From contig ML992502.1 of assembly GCA_010093995.1 (NCBI GenBank), positions 1,171,001 to 1,235,000 on the forward strand: a DNA stretch of 64,000 bases. The letters are read 5' to 3'. Source of the DNA: Elsinoe ampelina. Lineage: Eukaryota. How positions within the stretch are numbered: the stretch's first letter is position 1; each line of letters opens with the position of its first letter. The position numbers were made by a program, and so were the translations under genes. Below, piece by piece: positions 34,085 through 45,354 of this stretch. Below the pieces are notes generated by a model, which searched no databases, was not told the origin of the DNA, and saw only the letters and a program-made list of their open reading frames with translations.

Positions 34085-37024
34085 ATGTTTCGCACCGCCC
34101 TTCGCTCGAGCACCCGAGCGGTGGCCGCCGCCTCTGCTACCTCAAGATTCGGAGTGGTACGTGACAAACCTGCCCGTGTCCACAACACCCACCAATGGAC
34201 CTTCAAACATCTCGAAAACGCCTCAATGGCTTTGCAATATCTATGACAGAGGCTGACAGAGGCATTGACAGACCCGCGCCACCCCAGCCGTCGTCCAGGC
34301 CACCCGAAGCTATGCTGAAGCGAAAGCTTCCCCGACCGAGGTGTCCTCCATCCTCGAGCAGCGCATCCGCGGTGTTCAGGAGGAGGCATCTCTCGCCGAG
34401 ACCGGTCGCGTTCTTTCAGTCGGGTGTGTACAAAATCGAAAAAGAATGGAAGAATAAGGACTGTTGTGCTGATGAACTACAGTGACGGTATCGCCCGTAT
34501 CCACGGCATGAGCAACGTCCAGGCTGAAGAGCTTGTCGAGTATGGCAAACCGACTCGGAATAAATGCTAGATTCTGACAGATGACCAGGTTCGCCTCAGG
34601 TGTCAAGGGAATGTGCATGAACCTCGAAGCCGGCCAAGTTGGTGTATGTCAAAGATCCTTGCATATCATGCCAAGCTCGAAGTTCTAACATCATCCAGGT
34701 CGTGCTTTTCGGTTCCGATCGTCTTGTCAGGGAAGGCGAGACTGTCAAGCGTACCGGCCAGATTGTGCGTTTCTACCATGTTCAGAGGACAGAACAAGTC
34801 TAATGTTTCCAGGTCGATGTCCCAGTCGGCGAGGCTATGCTTGGTCGTGTCGTTGACGCCCTCGGTCAGCCCATCGATGGCAAGGGACCCATCAAGACCA
34901 CCGAAAAGCGCCGTGCTCAGCTCAAGGCTCCTGGTATCCTGCCCCGCCGCTCCGTCAACCAGCCGGTGCAGACTGGTCTCAAGTCAGTCGACGCCATGGT
35001 GCCCATCGGCCGTGGTCAGCGCGAGTTGATCATTGGTGATCGTCAGACCGGAAAGACCGCTGTCGCCCTGGACGCCATCCTCAACCAGAAGCGTTTCAAC
35101 AACTCCAACGACGAAAACAAGAAGCTTTACTGCGTTTACGTTGCCGTCGGTCAGAAGCGTTCTACTGTCGCCCAGTTCGTCAAGACCCTCGAGGAGAACG
35201 ACGCCATGAAGTACTCCATCGTTGTCGCCGCCACTGCTTCCGAAGCCGCTCCTCTTCAGTACATCGCACCATTCACTGGAACATCGATCGCCGAATATTT
35301 CCGTGATAATGGCAAGCACGCCGTCATTGTCTTTGATGACTTGTCGAAACAAGTTAGTATTCATTTCCTTTCCCCTCCCTTAACATTACAGTTTCACCGA
35401 AATTCTTTCGAGGTCTGCCAACCAGTCGAGGTCTGCCGAGCAAGAAACACTACCACACAAAGTCCACTTGCCATTCTGTCTGGGCTGCTGTCACATTTTC
35501 TGGAAGACACTTACCATTATGGTCACCACGCGATGGCTACGTGCTGGTAGTTTTGCACGCCCGGAAGGTTTGCTTACAACACTCCCGCCATAGAATGCAA
35601 GTCCACCTCCTTGCAACCGCCTTGGACGACTCGATTTAACAGGGACGTCAAGACTGCAATCCTACCAGAAAGCGTAACGTCCATTCTACCGCTTGAATCA
35701 CCAAGTCTCCAGTGGTAGTGTTGAGCCTTGCACACTACCAGGATACATATTCCAGCTTCTCTCCACAATTCGCAATATGTCAAGTGGTAGTGCCAACCCT
35801 TGCACGCTACCGATCCCCCAATCCCTGATTCCCGCTGTCTCTGGTTGAGACTCGTTGGTAGTATCAAGTCTTGTATACTACCAGGATCCGCGCCTTCCAA
35901 TCCGTCCTCGGATTTTGTCAGCTGGCAGATGGTAGCACCAAGTGTTTCAACACTGTCAGACTTCTGAGTGATGGCAGTTCCGTCAGTCCGTGGTAGTGTT
36001 CGGCTTCGCATACTACCAGGGCTCATGGTCTTTGTCTGCTTCTGGAGTTATAGGTTTACCAACACGCACGGACGGGCCAAACTACCAGTCCGTTGTGGCT
36101 TCCTCAACATGTTCGCCTCTCCTTTTACAAATTGGAAGTTTCCACATCGAATGGCAGACCTTCTGGACTGGCAGACCGCAGACCTCGGGATACAAAGGCA
36201 GACCTCTGACAGCCATTCCATTTGCACTTACTACCAAACTTTCGAACGTGACTAACAAAATCCCAGGCCGTTGCCTACCGTCAAATGTCTCTCCTGCTCC
36301 GTCGTCCTCCTGGACGTGAGGCCTACCCTGGTGATGTCTTCTACCTTCACTCTCGTCTCCTGGAGCGTGCCGCGAAGATGAACGACAAGCTCGGTGGCGG
36401 CTCGCTCACTGCCCTTCCCATCATTGAGACCCAGGGTGGTGATGTGTCCGCTTACATCCCCACCAACGTCATTTCGATCACTGATGGCCAGATCTTCTTG
36501 GAATCCGAACTCTTCTACAAGGGTGTCCGCCCAGCCATCAACGTCGGTCTTTCTGTCTCCCGTGTCGGTTCCGCTGCTCAGCTCAAGGCCATGAAGCAAG
36601 TCGCTGGTTCCCTCAAGCTATTCTTGGCCCAGTACCGTGAGGTCGCCGCCTTCGCCCAGTTCGGTTCCGATTTGGATGCCGCCACCAAGCAGACCCTGAA
36701 CCGTGGTGAGAGGTTAACTGAGCTCCTCAAGCAGAAGCAGTACAGCCCAATGGCCGTCAACGAAATGGTTCCTCTCATCTACGCTGGTGTCAATGGTCAT
36801 CTCGACAGCGTACCGGTCGCAAAGATTCTCCAATGGGAGTCTGACTTCCTCGCTCAGTACGTATACCCATGCTTGATATGTGCTCCACTCGCTAACACGT
36901 CTACAGCCTCAAGAGCGACCAGGCTGATCTCCTAGCCACCATCGACAAGGAGGGTGCCCTCAGCAAGGACCTTGAGGCCAAGCTCAAGGATGTCGTCTCC
37001 ACTTTCACCAAGAACTTCTCCTAG
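34085..37024 (+). CDS. ATP1: Mitochondrial F1 ATP synthase alpha subunit; 8 exons (34085-34156, 34272-34423, 34483-34539, 34589-34643, 34699-34764, 34813-35352, 36267-36856, 36907-37024)
   Basis: GDRQTGKT P-loop, [42 protein letters not shown]. Confidence 0.98.
35713..36018 (+). repeat. Array of five ~28-nt hairpin repeats with unique spacers inside ATP1 intron 6
   Basis: TGGTAG..CTACCA-type inverted repeats start at 35713, 35785, 35856, 35930 (degenerate) and 35991. Confidence 0.85.
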
Positions 37025-37474
37025 ATTAAAAGGGTGTGCAGACGAGCTGGCGAGGTAGATAGATGAAGTAGCGGCAGCTTGTATTGTAAAGAAGTAAGGT
37101 GGTCCACATAGTCATGTCTCTCCGCGTACGCGTGTCTGTGAATTCGTGGCCCGGAAACGCCTCAGCACTGCCATCCCCGCAGGCTGTCAGCCAAGTGTGA
37201 TGACGATCAGCACATTTCCGAGCGCCTCACGTGAAATTACATGAAGACATTCATGTGAAGACATTCATGGGTGCCTTTTCTTTCGCATTACTGTCCTTCA
37301 CTGGTGGATCGCCTAGACTCTTCCGACACTCGTCGAAGATCCACTGACAACGGGTTCCAGTCAGACACAGCTTGTCCAACCGCCGATTCGCTTATACAGA
37401 ACTACTACAACTTCAGCCTCGCACAACACCTGCGCTTTCGCGCTTACGCCTCGAAGCATAGCACAACAAGCACC

Positions 37475-38722
37475 ATGACGCTCCGAGACTTACTCAAGAA
37501 GAAGCATGACATTGAGAAGAATGGCCACGACATCTCCGCAAAGAGCTCGGACGAAAAGGCAGTACCATACCAGACAGAATTCACCTTTCTTCGAACCACC
37601 ACCTCCGACCAAGAAGTAATACAGCCGCCGTCCTACCCTGGGGATCAAGAGAAGGTTGCACACAAGTTACCTGCTCCCGCCTCGCCTGATCCATCACGAA
37701 AACGCCGCTCATTCTTCCACCCTAAACGCTCCTCCTCCCCACCATCCGGCAACCCACCTCCACCAGCCTCGTCCTCCCCTCCTACCCGCCCAAAGACCGA
37801 CCGCAAGCTCTCCGACCGCTTCTCCACCCTCCGCCTCTCTTCCTCCCGCCAATCCTCACGAGAGAGCGTCCACCTCCCCACCTCCCCGGCCCCCGACCCC
37901 ATCCCCGCGCCTCTCTCCCCCGATGTCCTGAGCGCCAAAAAGTCCAACCCCCTCGACTCCACCGCCCTGACCCAACAAGAAGCCCAATGGGAAGCGCGCG
38001 CGACCCAACTGGCCCTCTCCTCAGCCGTCCTCCCCAACGCCTCCCGCACCCCCAGCCCCAACCCCAGCGCCGCCACCTCCTCCGCCCTCCGCGGCGTAGC
38101 CTCCCAAATCGGCAGCGTAGCCGGCTCCTCCTCGCCCGGCACAGCAACCTCGGCCCGCACAGAAGCCGAGCAGACCTCGGACGAGGAAACGCTCCACCGC
38201 GCCATCACGCTGCACGAAACCGGCGAACTGGCAGAGAGCACCGCCCTATTCGGCCTCCTCGCGAGCCCATCCGGCGCCAACTCTGCCCTCGCACAGGTCC
38301 TCTACGGCCTCGCCCTGCGCCACGGATGGGGCTGCGCCGTCTCCCCTGAAGAAGGTGTGCACTTCCTCTCGCTCGCGGCCAAGAACTCGGCCGGCGTCGA
38401 GTCCCAAGCGCTGAAGGCGGGGATGCACAGGGGCGGCGCGGCCAAGGGGGAGCTGGTGCTCGCGATCTTCGAGCTGGCGAATTGCTACAGGTATGGTTGG
38501 GGGGTGGGCAAGGACGCGCGGGCGGCGAGGGAGTTTTACGAGACGGCGGCGAATTTGGGGGATTTGGACGCCATGGAGGAGGCGGCGTGGTGTTTCATGG
38601 AGGGGTTCGGTGGGGGGAAGGATAAGGGGGTTGCGGCGAGGTATCTTAGGAGGGCCGAGGAGGGGGGCAGGAAGAGGGTCGGGGAGAGTTGGATTTGGAA
38701 GGAGAAGTATAATCCCAAGTGA
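37475..38722 (+). CDS. Sel1-like repeat protein (Nif1/Dsf2-like)
   Basis: AITLHETGEL, LYGLALRHGWGC, IFELANCYRYGWGV, YETAANLGD. Confidence 0.82.
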   Translation: MTLRDLLKKKHDIEKNGHDISAKSSDEKAVPYQTEFTFLRTTTSDQEVIQPPSYPGDQEKVAHKLPAPASPDPSRKRRSFFHPKRSSSPPSGNPPPPASSSPPTRPKTDRKLSDRFSTLRLSSSRQSSRESVHLPTSPAPDPIPAPLSPDVLSAKKSNPLDSTALTQQEAQWEARATQLALSSAVLPNASRTPSPNPSAATSSALRGVASQIGSVAGSSSPGTATSARTEAEQTSDEETLHRAITLHETGELAESTALFGLLASPSGANSALAQVLYGLALRHGWGCAVSPEEGVHFLSLAAKNSAGVESQALKAGMHRGGAAKGELVLAIFELANCYRYGWGVGKDARAAREFYETAANLGDLDAMEEAAWCFMEGFGGGKDKGVAARYLRRAEEGGRKRVGESWIWKEKYNPK

Positions 38723-39339
38723 TGGGGGATGGCTGGGCCTGCTGGACGGGTCGCATTGGAAGAGGAGGAGTGGCATTGTGGGTTTAGCATGGCGTTCTTG
38801 GGATATATAATGAGGGTGACATCTTGGATCGCTCAGGTTGGTTGGGCGAAAAAGTTCATTATGTACTATCAACATCATAGGCCGTGTCCTGTCATGCTCC
38901 GTGTCATGTCTGGTCTTGTGAACTGGCTTGAGATTGAAGGGAAAAGAGAATCATATATCATATTCCATAAAGACATATATCCGAAAGATCCACGAGTCGT
39001 AGATGAGTGTGGTGGTATGCAAGGATCGTGTCATCCTAGTTGAGATGGTATGCAAAAGAGATTCGTTCGTATGCAAGGAAATTCGTAATTCCCAGATTGG
39101 GGCCGCTCTTCATGCAATGTTGGACAAAGGGAATCGTCGCTGTCCGGTTATCGTAATCCATCCCATGTCATGGTCGTGAGACGTATCGTGAGATCGGTGT
39201 ACTTCTTCCCTCCGAGAGAAGGGGCTCGTTAGTCGTTATTGCTTATGCAGTTGTGTTCGTGGTTCGTTATGCTGACTCCGTTGACATGAAGGAGATGAAG
39301 GAACGGTGCTGGAGACCAGCAATGTCGTGGGTATCATGA

Positions 39340-41356
39340 TCAGTTGTTCAGGCTGAATCCCCAGTGGTGGGCGTCGGTTTGTTCATGTTTGTGGTCTCTC
39401 ATCTGTCCGCCCGAATCGCCTCCCTGTTCCGCTGCTTTGCTCTCTCTTACCAGCTCTTTGAACTGCTTGACGACGTCGGCAGGGATCTGGTCCCAAAGCA
39501 GCGATCGAGTGTAGACTTCAGCGGGAGGAGCTTTGGAAATGCTTTCTTCGCGGACGGTAGCTAGGGTCTGGGCAAGATTGCGGCGTGGTGCCATGGTTTG
39601 TTGTGGGTGGTATGCAGCATAGTTGTCAGCAGAGGTCAGACTGTTGTACTCTGACGGGGTGAGTTGGAAGAGCTGTTCGGCCTCTTGCTGATTCGTCGGC
39701 ATTGTCAAGGATCGATATAATGTTTGACGGTTGTCCTGCTGAGGGACATGCTGCTGCCAAGGGTTATGAGCTTGCTGCATGTTCCGCATTTGTTGAGGGT
39801 GCGGCATGTTTTGCAATTGCTGAGGTGGATGTATGGCAGGCGGTTGCATATTGCCGGTAAGTATGTCTGCCCTCGAGTCCTTCAACAAGCTGTCCAGTAC
39901 AGTGTTTGATGCCACCCTGACTTCTTCCGGTAAGCGGGGGATGAAAGGCTTGCTGTTACCCTTGGAAGCCACAAAGGCGCCGCACAAGAGGATCATGAAC
40001 AAGACCCCCGAAGCGATGGGTGGGTCGGTCTCTGTCTTGGCAGGTTTGATGTCTTGTTGGCCCATGACGGGACGTGCCTGTTCAGGCTCGGTAGTAAACT
40101 GACCAGCGTTGCCGGCCATCCACGGCTGATTATTCACGCTCAAAGCGTTCATGTCGGATGTAAAGTCGTTAAAGTTCGTGTTGGTATTCATCATGTATTC
40201 GTTGCCATGGGGGTTGTCGAGTTGCTGTTGCAGGTATGCGATCTTGCGACGGAGGTTGCCAGTGTCCTCGGTATACTTCATGGTAAGTTCCTCCTTCTCC
40301 ATGTCTCGAGCCTCGAGCAAATGAAGAGCATTGGCGTGCTTTTCGTGGAGCTGACGGAACTCGTTCTCCATGTTGCCATGACGGTGTGCCAGGTCGGCAA
40401 TCTCACCCTTGAGACTATTAATCTGCTTCATGTAGCGCTGCTCCTTGACCTCGAGGTCTTCGGTGTGCTGCTTCTTGCGCTGACGTGAAGCGAGACTGCG
40501 ATACATTAGCTCGAACCATACGGTGGACCATGGTGACTTACGCGGCCTCCCTGTTGCGCAGGAGCCTCCTCTGCGCCTTCAACTCCTTAATTTCATCGTC
40601 GTCATGCGCCTGCTCGATGAGCTCCTCGATGTTGTTCAGATTACGATCAGCGGGAATGTCGATACGGGTGTTCTTCTTCCTGACGCCATCCGAAATTGCT
40701 CTGTTTGGCCCGGGACGTGGTGGGCGACTGCCCGGTCTCATGTGACGTGGCAGAGCAGCACGGTTCGGGTACTCTTGTGCGGTCATTGCCATATGGTCCG
40801 GGTTCGAGTAAGGGGACACGGGCGTGTGTACAGTCTGTCCGTCGACATGCTGGTCGATCGAGACAAACCCCGCAGGGACACTGATCTGATGGCCAGGGTG
40901 GACAGCACCAGAGGCTTCACCAATGCTGGCTCCATAGTCGGTCACGTCAAAGTCGTCGCCAGAGGTCTGGTAGGGGTCGAAAGTGAGCGGACTTGCCGTT
41001 CCCGAAGCGTGGTCAAGGTTCCAGCCCGGTTGGTGGTGAACGTGGGCTGATGACGACGACGGGGCAGAGGCCGAGATGGAATTGCGATAGTAATCATCTC
41101 GAAAGGGATTCGTCGAAGCGAATGATGTTTTCCTGTTGATATCGATGGCATGCGAGTGGTGATCCCATTTTTGCTCTGAGCGAGGTGACAGAGCTGCGCT
41201 ATTCATTGAGTCGCGGCGGAAATGGCCATCTTCGGCCATATCTCTCGAATCAGCGCCACCTGTCTCGAGGGAGAAATCATTAGCATCAGCTTCGTCGAAG
41301 AGTGGCAGTGATTCTTCTGGGCCGGATCCGTGGTTGAAGAGATGGGAACGGTCCAT
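39340..41356 (-). CDS. bZIP transcription factor with a C-terminal hydrophobic segment (ada-1/Zif1-like); intron 40496-40541
   Basis: RRLLRNREAA|LASRQRKKQH basic region plus zipper; SGVLFMILLCGAFVAS. Confidence 0.88.
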
Positions 41357-43319
41357 GGTACGAAGGTGAGAGGTCGTGACGAATTGGCGGTGAAGGAGGG
41401 TTTTTTTTGGATAGGCGGGATCAAAGTCCGTGGCGGGAGGCTGGGTCGACAGAATATCAAGCCTTGATCGCCAACAATAATAACATCATGGTCGATTGAT
41501 TCCTCGAGAATAAGCGAATGACTGACGTGGATGATTCAGAGATGCAGAGACGGGTGCGTAGAGGATATGTGGTCCGGATCAGGATGCGGCGTGGTTGCTC
41601 ACAAGGACGAACGGGCAGACGGCAGCATCAGGTACAGAAACACACAGGATGGGGACTCGCAGGGCACAGGAAGACCGGAAGAATTGTCAACAGAGTGCAC
41701 TGCGGCAGGGCACGATCATGTGTAGGAGTCGGGTAGATATGCAGCAAGAATGGGAGGGCGAGAACCAATCGAGGGGAATAGCGTGCTGCCACTCTGGATA
41801 GTGCGAACACAGTGCCTAGACCGAGGGAACCAAGAGGGTACACATGACTGCACGCGCTGCAAGCTCCTCCAATTGTGGTGCGGCCGAGGTGCCATGATGC
41901 GACCGGTTGTTGATGGGCACAGGTGACCTCGACCATTCTCGGATGCGACGCCTGCATTCGAGTCTTGTCCAAGGAATCCTGCTCCTGTACAGAACTACTG
42001 TAGTACATAGTCTTCAAGTTGGCAGAGTGGTCGTCTTTGAGTGCAGCGCGAGTCATTTTCTGATCATGTCCTAGTTGACCTGGCTGCAGATCTCGACGCC
42101 AGACCCGGGTCGCTGTCCAGATGACTTTGGTCTTCATCGGGCGCCATCAAAACATCGAGATCTGCCGTCACCATAAATTTCATCATGAATCCTACCAGGC
42201 CCTGATGATGTTTTGTCGTGGTAATCAAGGTTGACGGGCGAAGGAGGCCCGTACCGCCAAACAAGACAGTGTCTGATAGCGCCTGGACGCAAGGGAGAAG
42301 AAAGCCGGTTGAACAACGCAGGTAAAACCATATACGCGGCCGTGTGGTTTTTGACCAGTCCGAACATGCCTTCAACGCCTGGGCCGCGTAAACTTCCTGT
42401 GTTGAAGTCTGGTACCTGTGGTAATTTATTCTCAGGCATAAACATGTCACCTCGGTCCGCAGCACGTTGCCGCGCACTGCACCTTAATCTCACACAGCGA
42501 ACAAAGGGGATCCTGTCGGTATACAGAGCTTGATCTGGACATGGCGTAACGTCGACGAGGACCAGTCCGTACAGTCTGTGGTACTACAGTGGCTCGACAC
42601 ACACTGCCTGGCAGTTGACGCTGTCTGGTAGTTGGCGTCGCCTGGCAGTAACACTCTTCTCGTCCACCACCCCTCACCTCCATGCACAACGAAGAGTAGC
42701 TGCGCGCGCATCCCTCGTTGTCCATTTCCACATACACCCGTCCGCGGTCGTCAATACCACCCATCTGCTACAATATATTAACATTGACAAGCTCGCAAGG
42801 TTGTGCAATTTTCGGGTCATGCGACGGCGATACTCCGGCTCTTGCACCACAAAGCGTCGTATGCCTCGACGCCTCTCTCGGGACCATGTGGAGGGTGGTA
42901 TACATTAGTATTCACCACACGTCAATTACATCGTTGCCAAGAGCGCATCGTTCCCGGCCGCGCAAGCATTCTGGCCTCATAGCTTAATCACGTTTGCCGT
43001 TGAGGTCAGTGCGGTCCAAAAAACATCCAGACCACATTGTACCTGCGCACGACAAGCATTACCGACGCACGAACTCTTTCAGCGTAATCTCCTCCAATTT
43101 GTTTGGCTGTCCTCGTTTCATCTGCCTGTCTCGTTACGACGACTTGTCGTCCGTCAAACGTCAATCGCCGAGGGGTTGTAGTGTTGTCGTTGTACGTGGC
43201 CTACGCTGCTGTTGATGCTCTGTCAATTATAAGAGGCACGGTAAGTCCTGGTATGATCAAACCATCCAAGCATTCCCAAGCTCTCCAAGCAATCGGCCAA
43301 GCTCTATCATACTACCACA

Positions 43320-45057
43320 ATGGTTAAGATCAACACCTCCTTACTACTAGGTGCAGGCCTCGCTGGCTTTGCTGCCGCACATCCTGGCGAGCACGAACAT
43401 CACGATGAAGCTGCCGTCGCAGCCCAGATCGAATACGGCAAGATGATCAAGAGGGGTCTTCAGAACTGCGAAAGCTCCCCTGCCTACCAGGCTATCCACG
43501 CTCGCGCTCAAGAGCGTCGCTGGGAGAAGGCCCAGAAGCTTCGCCAGAAGAGGGGCATCGCTCTCGAAACCCCATACAAGGCTCGCCTACGAAAGCGTGA
43601 CTCGGCATCCCTCAACACCTTCGCTGCGGAGAACCACAACAAGACTGGAGAGGGCTACACCACCGACACCTCCTCGTCCGACCTCTTCGCTAGCTACAAG
43701 AATTCCTCTTGTATCTTGACTCCCGAAGTCACTTACGGTCCCTACTATGTCTCCGGTGAGCACTATCGCACCAACGTCGTTGAGGACCAGGAGGGTGTTC
43801 CCGTTCATATCGAGTATCAATACATCGACGTCGAGACCTGCGAGGTCGCTACCGGTCTTTACATCGAAACCTGGTCCACCAACGCAACCGGTGTCTATGC
43901 TGGTGTTGTCGCTTCTGGCAACGGTGATCAGTCCGATACCTCAAACTTGAATAAGACCTTCCAGCGTGGTGTCACTAAGGTCGACTCCGACGGCGTTGGA
44001 TTCTTCGTAAGTACTACCAGAAATCTCAAGTCTGGTAGTTCTTGACCACTAATACTACCAGGACGTGCTCTTCCCTGGCTATTACACCGGTCGTACCACC
44101 CACATTCATCTCATGACCCACCTCAACGGTACCGTCTTCGAGAACAAGACCTTCCAATCCGACAATGTTGTCCACGTCGGCCAATTGTTCTTCGACGAAG
44201 ATCTGATTGACGCCGTCAACGCCGTCGCCCCTTACAACACCAACACGCAAACCCGTACCTACAACGCAGACGACTCCATCGCCCAGCAAGGTGCCGACAA
44301 CAACTACGACCCCTTCCCCGACTGGACCTACCTCGGCTCCGACATCTCCGACGGCATCCTCGCCTGGATCGCCATCGGCATCAACAAAACCGCGAGCACC
44401 CAAGTCACCCCCGCCGCCTACCTCACCTCCTCCGGCGGCGTCGCCAACACCAACAGCGGCATGGGCGGCGGCTCCGGCGGCCCTCCCTCGGGCGGCAACG
44501 GCACCTCAGGCGGTCCCCCCTCCGGTACGCCCCCCAACGGCACCGGGTCCCCCGCCAGCGGCAGCGGCAGCGGCAACGGCAGCACGGCCACCGTCTCCGG
44601 GGCCGCCGTCTCCGCCACCGGCGGTAGCACAGGTCAATCCGGCGCAGGTGGGCCACCCAGCGGCACTGCCCCGTCAGGCGGAGCAGGCGCTGACGGTCCC
44701 AGTGGCACAGGCGGCATGGGCGGGCCCAGCGGTGTTGGCTCTAGCGGGCCTAGCGCTCCTGGGAGCAGCTCTGTAGCCACCTCCTCCTCCTCGGTCGCGC
44801 CCACCACGACTTCCGCGCGCGCCAGCACGACGACGACCAAGGCTGGGAAGGCGAAGACGACGACGACGACGACGAAGAAGGTGAAGAGTAAGACCACGAA
44901 GAAGGGGAAGAAGGGCAAGACGACCACCATCACTACGAAGACGAAGAAGGGGAAGAAGACGACTACCAAGACGAAGAAGGGGAAGACTACCAAGACGAAG
45001 AAGGGCAAGACGACGGCGAAGAAGACTAAGGCTACTGCGGCTGCTGGGAAGCAGTAG
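43320..45057 (+). CDS. Secreted intradiol ring-cleavage dioxygenase-like protein with G/S/P linker and K/T-rich tail; intron 44007-44061
   Basis: Signal peptide plus HPGEH, GPYY, GVY, PGYYTGRTTHIH, GQLFFDE. Confidence 0.9.
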
Positions 45058-45354
45058 GGGTGAGCAGGATCGGTGCATCATTTGACAAGCGACAGTGTAC
45101 TGAGAGCATAGCTGGCGTTGTATGGGATATACTGTAGCAGTATCGAGGAAGAGCATTGGACAGGGGCGAGAGCAACAGTATTGCATGGGAGAGTTCTGAG
45201 TCTGGTAGTCATCATTTCATCGTTTGTAGTACGCGTCTTTGAAGCGCCTTAATCACTCCTTTTGGGCGTTTCCCTGAAAAATGTTATTCCCCCTCCGATG
45301 TCCAACGCCGTGCCGTCTACGAAATCTCAGTCCCTGATTAAACCTAAATGGATC

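Noticed and set aside
34241..34271. Three tandem TGACAG acceptors in ATP1 intron 1 as alternative splicing
   Set aside because: The upstream acceptors give a frameshift or an in-frame TGA; the middle copy is best explained as the branch point
35713..36018. ATP1 intron array as a CRISPR array
   Set aside because: It lies in a eukaryotic spliceosomal intron, the repeats are divergent and there are no cas genes; only the repeat-spacer geometry is similar
37242..37269. Tandem duplication of TGAAGACATTCATG
   Set aside because: Simple 14-nt duplication with no further support for function
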